A stretch of 23,328 bases of DNA from Erysipelotrichaceae bacterium (lineage in GTDB: Bacteria; Bacillota_I; Bacilli_A; Erysipelotrichales; Coprobacillaceae). The stretch lies in NCBI GenBank assembly GCA_028698185.1, contig JAQVDW010000027.1:1-23328 (forward strand). The letters are read 5' to 3'. The position numbers and the translations under genes are program-made. A model generated the notes under the pieces. That model ran no database searches. It saw nothing but the letters and a program-made list of their open reading frames with translations, and was not told the origin of the DNA. Shown here in pieces: positions 1 to 8,066 of the stretch (positions are counted from its first letter, which is position 1; each line of letters starts with the position of its first letter).

Positions 1-388
1 ATTTTTTAGGTTTAAAACCTTATCGTATTGAAAGATATGAATACGACACATTTGAAGTGGCGACAAACCTGATATAAATTAACACAACTACCATAATGGT
101 GACATGATCTCTCAAAAGCAGAAAACGCAAATGAATGAAGCGTTAGCTACTTAAAAGAGATCTTTTACTTTTGGAAAAACCCTTGCCAGTCGGATGCAGT
201 TTACAAACAAGCCCCATCACTCCTGAATGATCATGTTGACTACTTCAATAAAGAGCGTGGTCAATTTCCTAGCACTTATTGATTCGCTAAGTGGAGACGA
301 TTCTGCTTTTTTTGTTGTCGTTGGCCGGGCCATTCAGGCTGTTCATAAAAAATGGCTCGTTCATTGAAGAAATCGATCCGACAATACA

Positions 389-470
389 AACATTGGGACA
401 TATTTTCGAAACATTAGCTACTATTAACGAAATAGGCAAATGTTATAATTATGGTGCGAAAGCGTTTTCG
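389..470 (+). promoter_or_regulatory. Putative activator-dependent promoter of the stand-alone GH36 gene (direct repeats + extended -10 + cre-like box)
   Basis: Direct repeats AACATTGG (389-396) and AACATTAG (410-417) are 21 bp apart start-to-start. The -35 is weak (ctatta, 421-426). The -10 is extended, TGtTATAAT (441-449). A cre-like CGAAAGCGTTTTCG at 457-470 matches TGWAANCGNTNWCA at 12/14, with mismatches only at the two outer positions. The distance from the proximal AAC (410) to the -10 start (444) is 34 nt, the same as at three other promoters in this window. Confidence 0.55.
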
Positions 471-542
471 GAAATTGCCTTCGCTGTTTGTATAAATGAC
501 ATCAATTAATATGTAGTCGTCTCAGGTGGTGAAGTAGCAATC

Positions 543-586
543 ATGACAATCAAAGACAAATATTATTTGATGACAATCAAACAAAT
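543..586 (+). repeat. Tandem direct repeat ATGACAATCAAA (x2, 27-nt period) in the 5' leader of the GH36 gene
   Basis: The exact 12-mer occurs at 543-554 and 570-581. Similarity extends with one indel (ATGACAATCAAAgACAAAT versus ATGACAATCAAACAAAT). Both copies start with ATG in the same frame. Together they open a 25-codon uORF (543-620) whose TAA stop lies 1 nt before the GH36 ATG at 622. Confidence 0.5.
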
Positions 587-621
587 GGCAATAATTATGA
601 AATCGGGAAGAGGAGGATAAA

Positions 622-2853
622 ATGCCAGTAGCATATAATGAAAGTAGTCGTACTTTCCATCTATTTAATAATGAAATCAGTTATATTTTCAAGGTCCTTG
701 AAAATAACCAGTTGGGGCAATTGTATTATGGGAAAAGAATAGGAGACCGGAACAATTTTGACCACTTGCTGGAAATGCGCCCGCGGGCCATGACTGTTTG
801 TGCTTTTGAATCAAACCGGTTGTTCTCTTTGGAGCATATCAAGCAGGAATACCCGGCATATGGTACAGGTGACATGCGGTTGCCTGCGATTGATATTTTG
901 CAGGAAAACGGCAGCCGGATCCTGGATTTCCAGTTCAAGGATTTCCATGTATATCAGGGCAAGAAAAAGTTGCCTTCATTGCCGGCAACATATGTTGAAA
1001 GCGAAAAAGAGGCGACAACCCTCGAGGTGATATTGGTCGATAAACTGATTCAGGCCGAACTTGTTTTGTCATATACGATCTTTGAACAAATGCCGGTGAT
1101 TGCAAGAAACGCATGCATTAAAAATCTTGGTGATCAGCAACTTGTTTTGGACCGGGCGATGGCACTTTCAGTTGATCTTCCGGACATGGATTATGAAATG
1201 ATTGAACTGACTGGTGCCTGGTCAAGGGAAAGAACTGTCAAAAAACGCAAATTGGAACATGGAATCCAGGCAATCGGATCGCTTAGAGGATGCTCATCAA
1301 ACGCTTATAATCCATTCATTGCTTTGGCAAGAAATGGATGTGACGAGTACGCTGGAGAGGTGATGGGATTCAGTTTCGTTTATAGCGGGAATTTTTTGGC
1401 CCAGGTCGAAGTGGACACGTTTGACGTGACTCGGGTAATGATGGGAATCCACCCTCATTCTTTCAATTGGCCATTGGCTTCAGGCGAGTCTTTCCAGACT
1501 CCCGAAGCGATCATGGTCTATAGCGACCAGGGGTTGAACAAGATGTCGCAGACATATCACAAGCTATACCGGACCCGTTTGGCCCGCGGCAAATACCGGG
1601 ATCTGACCAGACCAATCCTGATAAACAACTGGGAAGGGACGTACTTCGATTTTGACGAGGATAAAATAGTTGGGATGGCAACGACTGCCAGAGATCTGGG
1701 GATTGAACTTTTTGTCCTGGATGATGGCTGGTTTGGCAAACGGAACGATGATTTCGCCGGACTGGGGGACTGGTATCCAAACTTGGACAAATTACCGAAC
1801 GGAATATCCGGACTGTCTAAAAAAATAACTGATCTGGGCATGGCATTCGGGTTATGGTTTGAACCGGAGATGGTCAACAAGGATTCGGATCTGTATCGAA
1901 AACACCCGGAATGGACACTCGAGACCCCGAACCGTCATTCGAGCCATGGCCGCAACCAGTATGTCTTGGATTTTTCCAATCCTGAGGTTGTTTCCCATAT
2001 TTTCGAGGCGATGGACAAGGTGATCGGCGATTCCAACATCACCTACATCAAATGGGACATGAACCGTTGCATGAGCGAGGTTTACTCAGCCAGCCATGGT
2101 TCGAATGAACAAGGAAAAGTCATGCACGAATACATCCTGGGTGTTTATGAACTGTATGAAAGACTGATTACCAAATACCCGGATATCCTGTTTGAATCGT
2201 GCGCCAGTGGCGGAGCCCGTTTCGATCCGGGGATGATGTACTATGCGCCTCAAGGATGGACCAGCGACGATACCGATGCTGTTGAACGTTTGAAAATCCA
2301 GTACGGTACCAGCATGGTATACCCGATTTCGTCAATGGGATCTCACGTTTCGGCAATACCAAATCACCAGGTCCGCCGCAACACCCCGATCCAGACCCGG
2401 GCTAATGTGGCATATTTCGGGACTTTTGGATACGAGCTGAATGTCAATGAGCTTGATGAACAGGAAAAGAAGCTGGTCATGGCCCAGATAGATTTTATGA
2501 AGGAACATCGCAACCTGATCCAGTTTGGAACGTTCTATCGTCTCAAAAGCCCATTTGAAGGAAATGAAACGGTGTGGATGGTTGTCTCGGAAGATCAAAA
2601 ACAGGCAATTGTCGGTTACTACCGAGTGTTGCAGCAGGTAAACTCCAATTATCGAAGAGTGAAACTTATGGGTCTCAATCCCGATTACGAATATGAGGTG
2701 TCAATAAACAACACCTTGAATTATGGAGATGAGCTGATGAATGTCGGTCTGATAACGACTGATGGTTCTTCAGGTGAGCCTGTCGACCATTACAATGGCC
2801 TCAATGGCGATTATCAATCACGGCTATACATATTAAAAGCCAAAAATCAATAA
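622..2853 (+). CDS. aga: Alpha-galactosidase, glycoside hydrolase family 36 (743 aa)
   Basis: Full-length ORF with a strong RBS (gaggaggataaaATG). GH36 hallmarks are present: the YIKWDMNR block carrying the nucleophile Asp, CASGGARFD, and GWTSDDTDA carrying the acid/base Asp. The N-terminal LYYG region is typical of AgaA/MelA/RafA-type enzymes. The symbol is generic. Confidence 0.93.
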   Translation: MPVAYNESSRTFHLFNNEISYIFKVLENNQLGQLYYGKRIGDRNNFDHLLEMRPRAMTVCAFESNRLFSLEHIKQEYPAYGTGDMRLPAIDILQENGSRILDFQFKDFHVYQGKKKLPSLPATYVESEKEATTLEVILVDKLIQAELVLSYTIFEQMPVIARNACIKNLGDQQLVLDRAMALSVDLPDMDYEMIELTGAWSRERTVKKRKLEHGIQAIGSLRGCSSNAYNPFIALARNGCDEYAGEVMGFSFVYSGNFLAQVEVDTFDVTRVMMGIHPHSFNWPLASGESFQTPEAIMVYSDQGLNKMSQTYHKLYRTRLARGKYRDLTRPILINNWEGTYFDFDEDKIVGMATTARDLGIELFVLDDGWFGKRNDDFAGLGDWYPNLDKLPNGISGLSKKITDLGMAFGLWFEPEMVNKDSDLYRKHPEWTLETPNRHSSHGRNQYVLDFSNPEVVSHIFEAMDKVIGDSNITYIKWDMNRCMSEVYSASHGSNEQGKVMHEYILGVYELYERLITKYPDILFESCASGGARFDPGMMYYAPQGWTSDDTDAVERLKIQYGTSMVYPISSMGSHVSAIPNHQVRRNTPIQTRANVAYFGTFGYELNVNELDEQEKKLVMAQIDFMKEHRNLIQFGTFYRLKSPFEGNETVWMVVSEDQKQAIVGYYRVLQQVNSNYRRVKLMGLNPDYEYEVSINNTLNYGDELMNVGLITTDGSSGEPVDHYNGLNGDYQSRLYILKAKNQ
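1744..1850 (+). repeat. Left copy of a 107-nt near-identical tract shared (inverted) with the second GH36 gene
   Basis: 103 of 107 nt are identical to the reverse complement of 4996-5102. The tract encodes NDDFAGLGDWYPNL(D/E)KLPNGISGLSKKITDLGMAFG. Conserved codons flanking the tract differ at roughly 4-5 of every 9 third positions. Inside the tract only 3 synonymous and 1 non-synonymous difference occur in 35 codons. Confidence 0.85.
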
Positions 2854-2891
2854 GATATCAAAATGTGAATATCAGGTTGCCCGGCAACTGG

Positions 2892-2927
2892 AAGGATGGA
2901 TTTTCTTTGAAAGTGCATCCTTTTTTT
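2892..2927 (+). terminator. Rho-independent terminator after the stand-alone GH36 gene
   Basis: Stem AAGGATG (2892-2898) pairs with CATCCTT (2916-2922), followed by a run of seven T (2921-2927). It lies 39 nt after the stop codon. The loop is long (17 nt) with some internal pairing. Confidence 0.55.
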
Positions 2928-3114
2928 ATACCCTAAATTGCCTTGAGCCGCCAGATTGATGATATGATTCTCTATCTGAGCGTGCCCGCCCCGACCGGAG
3001 CGGCGCTTTTCAAATTGAAACTCCTGTATTTTGATCCCTTGAGCTGCTATGTTTATCAGCGCCAAACAGTTAATATCCGGCTTGCATCACATTAAAATAA
3101 ATGATGACAATTCC

Positions 3115-3169
3115 CGGTAAATCAAAGAAATGGAACTGCCCGCACCTGTTGATTACCGGCAGTTCCATT
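3115..3169 (-). terminator. Second terminator-like hairpin downstream of the minus-strand operon
   Basis: A perfect 12-bp stem, aatggaactgcc (3129-3140) with ggcagttccatt (3158-3169), encloses a 17-nt loop. On the minus strand it is followed by TTCTTTGATTT. No gene lies between it and the primary terminator at 3271-3307. Confidence 0.35.
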
Positions 3170-3270
3170 GGTAGAATGCTGCATTGTGGAATGGCGGATA
3201 CCTGTTGTGGCTTTGGTGGTGACGGCTAGGGCGATATTCAGTATCATCCACTTGTTGGAAAAATGGCATG

Positions 3271-3307
3271 CAAAGAAAAACCGCTTTGGCGTCAACCCCA
3301 AAGCGGT
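3271..3307 (-). terminator. Rho-independent terminator of the msmEFG-aga-yesL operon
   Basis: The minus strand reads ACCGCTTTGG-ggttgacg-CCAAAGCGGT-TTTTCTTTG. The stem is a perfect 10 bp (3280-3289 with 3298-3307) with a T-rich tail. It lies 83 nt downstream of the yesL-like stop. Confidence 0.75.
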
Positions 3308-3389
3308 ACTTGTCTTACTACACTGTCATTCAATGATAATGTCTGTTGTTAAAAATCAGGACGTAATGCCATATGCAAATCAACGGTTT

Positions 3390-4013
3390 TTAGTCGTAGA
3401 AAGGTTTGGAGATCAATTTCATGGATACCATGGTAATAAGGGAAAATCCGAAGAAAAAGAATCCAAAGACATATGCAGGCTGATAAACCTGATCAAGAAT
3501 GAGCATGGCCAAAGGAAGCGTGTTGCCCAATCCTATCATCACTGCTATGGCCGGCATTTTCATCAGGTAATAGAATGCGGCTTTGATCAGGTTCGGTATG
3601 GAATTGTGATATGCCGCTATTGTCGGAAAAAGATAAAGCAGTCCGGCAATTTCCAAGACCATGATTGTGGCGATGGGGACATTCAGATAAATGAAAATAC
3701 CGCCAATTTGGCTTATCCAGGACAAATCAAGATAGCCAAAGAACAGCAGAATAACAGCTCCAGTCCAGCACAAGGTTGCCTGTTTGAAGTTGTTTTTGAA
3801 TCCAACCCAGAATTCAGTGACCGGATTGACTTCATCATCCGATTTCAATGATTTGAGCATCACATGGCACATCGCCGTATATGACGCCCCAATGGTGACA
3901 ATCGGAATAGAGAAGAATATGAACAATAAATTGGTGAGTACGATCAAGCTGATCTTACCCATAAGTTTTCCGAATCTACTTTCCGGATCAAATAAAAATC
4001 CAAAACCAAACAT
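3390..4013 (-). CDS. DUF624 / YesL-family integral membrane protein (207 aa)
   Basis: The protein is multi-pass and hydrophobic. It carries the DUF624-type N-terminal pattern (NLLFIFFSIPIVTIGASYTAMCHVMLK ... FWVGFKNNFKQAT). The RBS is aagagg, and the gene starts 21 nt after the GH36 stop. It is the last gene of a CUT1 ABC operon, the usual context for this family. Confidence 0.8.
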   Translation of the reverse strand: MFGFGFLFDPESRFGKLMGKISLIVLTNLLFIFFSIPIVTIGASYTAMCHVMLKSLKSDDEVNPVTEFWVGFKNNFKQATLCWTGAVILLFFGYLDLSWISQIGGIFIYLNVPIATIMVLEIAGLLYLFPTIAAYHNSIPNLIKAAFYYLMKMPAIAVMIGLGNTLPLAMLILDQVYQPAYVFGFFFFGFSLITMVSMKLISKPFYD

Positions 4014-4034
4014 GGCAATTTACCTCTTTTCAAA

Positions 4035-6221
4035 TTATAACTTCATTAAATGCAACTGTTCACAAGGGTAGTCACCCTTGTAAGCTGGAAAAGTATAGCC
4101 TCCATGCATCAAAGCGGCACCGGTGTATTTCTTTGTGGTTCCCTCAACCTGATACCAGGCGTCTGCCTGCAATCCCTTCAAAAGTACACTGGGGAGCCCG
4201 CCATTGGCATGGACATCTTTCATTACCAGATTTACCAGGGCTTCGCTTTTGTCTTCGCTCACAAATGACCATGCTTCAAAAGAATCGTTGAATGACGAAT
4301 TTGACAGGCGATAATATACGCCTTTTTGAATCAGCCAGTAATATTTCTTGAAATCGCTGATCTGGGATTTGATTTCATCTTTTTCTGGTCGGGAGCATTT
4401 GCTCAAATCAAGTTCATAACCGAAAGTGCCGGACATCGCGACTATGCCTCTTGTTTTCAAGGTGGTCGTACGGCCGGTCTGATGGTTTGGTGAGGCTGAG
4501 ACGTGGCTTCCCATGGTGCTGACCGGATAGCCGTACGACGTTCCTTTCTGTATGTTCAAACGGGCAATAGGATCGGTGTTGTCCGAGCACCATATCTGCG
4601 GGGAATAGTACAACATTCCGGCATCGAACCGGCCTCCTCCTCCTGCGCAGGTTTCGAACATCACCTCGGGATATGCCTGAGTCAGTCTCTCGAGCAGGGC
4701 ATAAGTTCCCAGGACAAATCGATGGGCGGTCTCACCCTGATTGGCGCCCGGGACATTGGAATAGACATTTGCCAGAGCCCGATTGAAATCCCATTTGATG
4801 TAGGCGATATTCGCATTGTCGAGAATCGTGGCAATGCTTTGATACAAATGATCCTGGACTTTTCGATTGGCCATGTCGAGGACCAATTGATTGCGCGACA
4901 ATGTCGGTTTCCGACCAGGATCCTGCAAGGCCCAGTTGGGATGAGCGGTGTAAAGCGCGGATAACTCGTTGACCATTTCTGGCTCCAACCACAAACCGAA
5001 TGCCATGCCCAGATCAGTAATTTTTTTAGACAATCCGGATATTCCGTTCGGTAATTTTTCCAAGTTTGGATACCAGTCGCCCAGTCCGGCGAAATCATCG
5101 TTGCGATTGCCAAACCACCCATCATCAAGAACGAACATCTCAATCCCCAGGTCTTTGGCTTCCCGGGCCAGTTTCAGTATTTTCTCGGTATTGAAATCGA
5201 AGTAAGTGGCTTCCCAGTTGTTTATCAGGATCGGGCGCCTTTGCTTGGAAAATTTTTCCGGACAGACGTTTTCCCTGATCAAGCGGTGGTAATTGTAACT
5301 CAAACTGTTCAATCCGCTGCTGCTATAAGACATTATCACTTCGGGTGCATAGAAACTTTCCCCGGGAGCAAGATTCCAATTGAAATTCTCATCGTGGATG
5401 CCCATGACAATCCGGGTATTGCCTCTCTGGTCGACTTCGATCTGGGACTTGTGGTTGCCCGAGTACATCAGCATCATCCCGTAACAATCACCCTGATCAT
5501 CATCGGTTTTGGGCGGACATACGATCAAAAAAGGATTTTGCTGGTGGCTGCTCATGCCTCTTCGCGAGCTGATAGTATGGATTGCGTGGTCCAAAGGCAC
5601 CCGTTCCAATTGGCGTTCCATGCAATGACGACCCGGAAAATGCAATAAATCCAGTTTGGTGTTGAACATGTCCAAACATGCTGAGGCGAATTTCTCCAAT
5701 TTCATTCCGGTATTTCCGGTATTGGTCAAGATTGCTGTCCGGGTAATAATATCGTATTCCGCCATCACACCGTACAACAGTTTCAACTCCAAACCGCTAA
5801 TGACATCAGCCATAGTTATTTCCAGGGAAAAAAACTCATCGGGTTTGCCCCGGACACTGGGGAGTCCGGGGATATTGTATTTTCCCGGACTTATTTTATG
5901 ACCAGAATATCTGAAATCGACACTTTTGGAGCCATCCCCCGCCGTCAGGGCGATACCGGAGATCCGGTAATCACCGATTCCTGCTCCGGTGAATTCCTGA
6001 GGCAGGAAATCCGGGTCATGTTTTCTTTCATACGGTTCCCGGATGTCTCCTGACAATGATTGTTCCTGGTAGGATGACAAGTAACCCATGTCCATCGTTC
6101 CCACACTCAAGCCGTAGTATAGATGGCGCAAAATCCCCGTTTCATCAATTCTTATCTGGTAAGTGCTTGTCTTTGTTTGCAAACGGAACAGTTTTTCCTG
6201 TTCGCTGAATTCAATGCCCAT
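4035..6221 (-). CDS. aga: Alpha-galactosidase, glycoside hydrolase family 36 (728 aa), operon-embedded paralogue
   Basis: Full-length ORF with GH36 blocks YIKWDFNR, CAGGGGRFD and IWCSDNTDP, plus RPILINNWEATYFDF and FVLDDGWFG. It sits immediately downstream of the two permease genes. By eye it looks only moderately similar to the 622-2853 enzyme outside the conserved blocks. Confidence 0.93.
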   Translation of the reverse strand: MGIEFSEQEKLFRLQTKTSTYQIRIDETGILRHLYYGLSVGTMDMGYLSSYQEQSLSGDIREPYERKHDPDFLPQEFTGAGIGDYRISGIALTAGDGSKSVDFRYSGHKISPGKYNIPGLPSVRGKPDEFFSLEITMADVISGLELKLLYGVMAEYDIITRTAILTNTGNTGMKLEKFASACLDMFNTKLDLLHFPGRHCMERQLERVPLDHAIHTISSRRGMSSHQQNPFLIVCPPKTDDDQGDCYGMMLMYSGNHKSQIEVDQRGNTRIVMGIHDENFNWNLAPGESFYAPEVIMSYSSSGLNSLSYNYHRLIRENVCPEKFSKQRRPILINNWEATYFDFNTEKILKLAREAKDLGIEMFVLDDGWFGNRNDDFAGLGDWYPNLEKLPNGISGLSKKITDLGMAFGLWLEPEMVNELSALYTAHPNWALQDPGRKPTLSRNQLVLDMANRKVQDHLYQSIATILDNANIAYIKWDFNRALANVYSNVPGANQGETAHRFVLGTYALLERLTQAYPEVMFETCAGGGGRFDAGMLYYSPQIWCSDNTDPIARLNIQKGTSYGYPVSTMGSHVSASPNHQTGRTTTLKTRGIVAMSGTFGYELDLSKCSRPEKDEIKSQISDFKKYYWLIQKGVYYRLSNSSFNDSFEAWSFVSEDKSEALVNLVMKDVHANGGLPSVLLKGLQADAWYQVEGTTKKYTGAALMHGGYTFPAYKGDYPCEQLHLMKL
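4996..5102 (-). repeat. Right copy (inverted) of the 107-nt near-identical GH36 tract
   Basis: The reverse complement matches 1744-1850 at 103/107 nt. A second short patch also matches, with 22 nt of perfect identity (1615-1636 against the reverse complement of 5210-5231). Confidence 0.85.
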
Positions 6222-6241
6222 ATTCTGTTACGACCATCGAT

Positions 6242-7081
6242 CTAGAGTTTTCCGCCAGAAGTGGCGATTCCTTCGACAAACTGTTTCTGGAAGAACAGAT
6301 AGATCATCAGCATTGGAATTACGGCCATTACGGCCCCAGCCATCAATTGGGGATAGTTGCTGGTGAACTGACCTTGTAATTTTGCCAAGGCTGCCGCCAA
6401 TGTGGTTGCCGAGGAGTTGGTGCAGACAATCATCGGCCACATCATGTCCTTGTAGGCAAACAGGGCGGTGAAAATACCCAGGGATACCATTGACGAGCGG
6501 GCCAATGGCATCATGATTTTATAGAACCTTTGCCAGATATTGCAGCCGTCTATTTCTGCTGCTTCCTCCAGTTCCTTAGGCAAGGTCTGGTACCCTTGTT
6601 TTAGCAGATATGTTCCAAAAGCAGTAACCATTCCCGGGAACAACAAGGCGAACTGGGTGTTGAGCATTCCCAGCCCTGAAACCATCAGATATTGGGGGAT
6701 TATGAATATTTGTGATGGAACCATCATCTGGATCAAAACCAAGGCGAAGATCAGGCGTTTGAAGGGAAAATTCAATCGGCCCAAGGCATATCCGGCCATT
6801 GTGGCTGTCAGACAGGCGAAAATGACCCGCAACAGTATCATCAACAAGGTGTTGAAGTACAGTGTCAGGAAGTTGTAAGAATTCCATACTTGGGAAAAAT
6901 TCCCGAATTGCCAGCTGCCGTTGGGAAAGATGTAAAAAGGATCAACCGAGATCGACTGTCCCCTTGTCTTGAATGCGGTAAGGACCATCCAGATGAATGG
7001 AATCATCATGATGATTGCCCCACAGATCAGGATTCCGTGAATAACAAGCGCTGTTATTCTGGTTTTAGTTTGATAACCCAT
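6242..7081 (-). CDS. msmG: CUT1-family sugar ABC transporter permease (MsmG-like)
   Basis: The protein is multi-pass with the EAA loop EEAAEIDGCNIWQRFYKIMMPL. I place the start at the internal ATG 7081 (MGYQTKTR...) because it has an AAGGAG RBS 8 nt upstream. This also removes the overlap with the upstream permease; the ORF track extends to 7144. Confidence 0.88.
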   Translation of the reverse strand: MGYQTKTRITALVIHGILICGAIIMMIPFIWMVLTAFKTRGQSISVDPFYIFPNGSWQFGNFSQVWNSYNFLTLYFNTLLMILLRVIFACLTATMAGYALGRLNFPFKRLIFALVLIQMMVPSQIFIIPQYLMVSGLGMLNTQFALLFPGMVTAFGTYLLKQGYQTLPKELEEAAEIDGCNIWQRFYKIMMPLARSSMVSLGIFTALFAYKDMMWPMIVCTNSSATTLAAALAKLQGQFTSNYPQLMAGAVMAVIPMLMIYLFFQKQFVEGIATSGGKL

Positions 7082-7100
7082 TGTTTCATTCTCCTTTTCC

Positions 7101-7988
7101 TTAATTGTAGAATACCCATTTTTTCTCGAGTCGTTGAATCGCAAATGTGATTATACCGATAATCACCAGCATCACGACAACAATAGCCGCTCCATAACCA
7201 CGATTAGAGTAAATGAATGATTGTTCATAGAACAAGTATGTTATCGGTTTGACCGAACTGAATGCCCGGCTGGTCGTATCCATTATCATGAATGGGAGAT
7301 CGAACAACTGCAATGCGCCGATTATCCCGGTCTGGATGATAAAGAAAAGCATCGGGGAAAGCATCGGGATTGTTATATTGAAAAATGTATGAAAACCTGA
7401 TGCCCCATCGATTGTCGCCGCTTCATAATAGTCTTTGGGAATGTCTTGCAACCCGCCAAGAAGCAGGACCATGTTGTATCCAAGACCGCTCCAGATTCCG
7501 ACTACAGCGACACATATCCAGGCAACGCTAGGATCAGTAATCCAACCGGTATTGGTTCCCAAAGCGTGGTTGATCAGACCGAAGTCCATGTTGTACATCC
7601 AGCGCCATACCATCGCCACCGCAGCCGGGGCACAGATCATTGGCAAGAAGTAAATAGTCCGGTAAAATGTCCGTCCTTTCATCTTCCGATTGAGCAATAC
7701 TGCCAAAACCAATGAAATTGATATCCCGATAGGAACGGTAACTATGGCATATTTGAAAGTATTGATCATCGCCTGAAATACCTCAGGATCTTTGAAAGCG
7801 TCGATATAGTTGCCAAATCCGATGAAGACGTTGCCGATTCCAAAATCTCCGGTTTTGCATAGAGAAAGGTAAATCGTTTGAACAATCGGATAAAAGTTCA
7901 GCACCAGCAAGCCAATCAGGGTTGGTGTCACCATTATCAAGCCCCATTTGGCTTCGGTTTTTTGTTTTCTAGTTAGTTTGCGTTTCAT
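7101..7988 (-). CDS. msmF: CUT1-family sugar ABC transporter permease (MsmF-like)
   Basis: 295 aa, multi-pass, with the EAA loop YYEAATIDGASGFHTFFNITIPMLSP. The RBS is agaggag. Confidence 0.9.
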   Translation of the reverse strand: MKRKLTRKQKTEAKWGLIMVTPTLIGLLVLNFYPIVQTIYLSLCKTGDFGIGNVFIGFGNYIDAFKDPEVFQAMINTFKYAIVTVPIGISISLVLAVLLNRKMKGRTFYRTIYFLPMICAPAAVAMVWRWMYNMDFGLINHALGTNTGWITDPSVAWICVAVVGIWSGLGYNMVLLLGGLQDIPKDYYEAATIDGASGFHTFFNITIPMLSPMLFFIIQTGIIGALQLFDLPFMIMDTTSRAFSSVKPITYLFYEQSFIYSNRGYGAAIVVVMLVIIGIITFAIQRLEKKWVFYN

Positions 7989-8015
7989 AGTAACTCCTCT
8001 TTATTAAACAAATTG

Positions 8016-8045
8016 GAGAGTGAGACGATTTTTCATCCCACTCCC
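8016..8045 (-). promoter_or_regulatory. Intercistronic stem-loop between the binding-protein gene and the first permease gene
   Basis: The minus-strand RNA forms GGGAGUGGG-12 nt loop-CUCACUCUC, a 9-bp stem including 2 G-U pairs, followed by caauuuguuuaau. Its position directly after the binding-protein stop fits a partial terminator or mRNA-stabilising hairpin that raises the ratio of binding protein to permease. Confidence 0.4.
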
Positions 8046-8066
8046 TCATCAATGATGCAAATGTTG

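Noticed and set aside
3-77. An open frame running in from the left edge (FLGLKPYRIERYEYDTFEVATNLI-stop) that could be the 3' end of an upstream glycosidase gene
   Set aside because: Only 24 codons are visible, which is too short to separate from chance. The LKPY-type ending is merely reminiscent of GH13 C-termini.
139-282. A 47-codon open frame without a start codon (…YLKEIFYFWKNPCQSDAVYKQAPSLLNDHVDYFNKERGQFPSTY-stop), possibly a gene remnant
   Set aside because: It has no start codon, no RBS and no family I can recognise. It would need a database search, so I do not call it.
291-509. A 72-aa ORF (GTG start) upstream of the first GH36 gene
   Set aside because: It has no RBS and no family resemblance. 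It overlaps the direct repeats, the -10 and the cre-like box of the proposed promoter, so it is more likely non-coding.
1557-1880. A 107-aa minus-strand ORF inside the first GH36 gene, and its look-alike 4969-5205 (+) inside the second
   Set aside because: Both are antisense frames of the GH36 genes. Their mutual similarity is simply the reverse-strand image of the 107-nt conversion tract. They are not a separate gene family.
3168-3851. A 227-aa ORF on the plus strand
   Set aside because: It lies almost entirely antisense to the well-supported DUF624/YesL gene. It has no RBS and no recognisable protein family character. It is a mirror-frame artefact.
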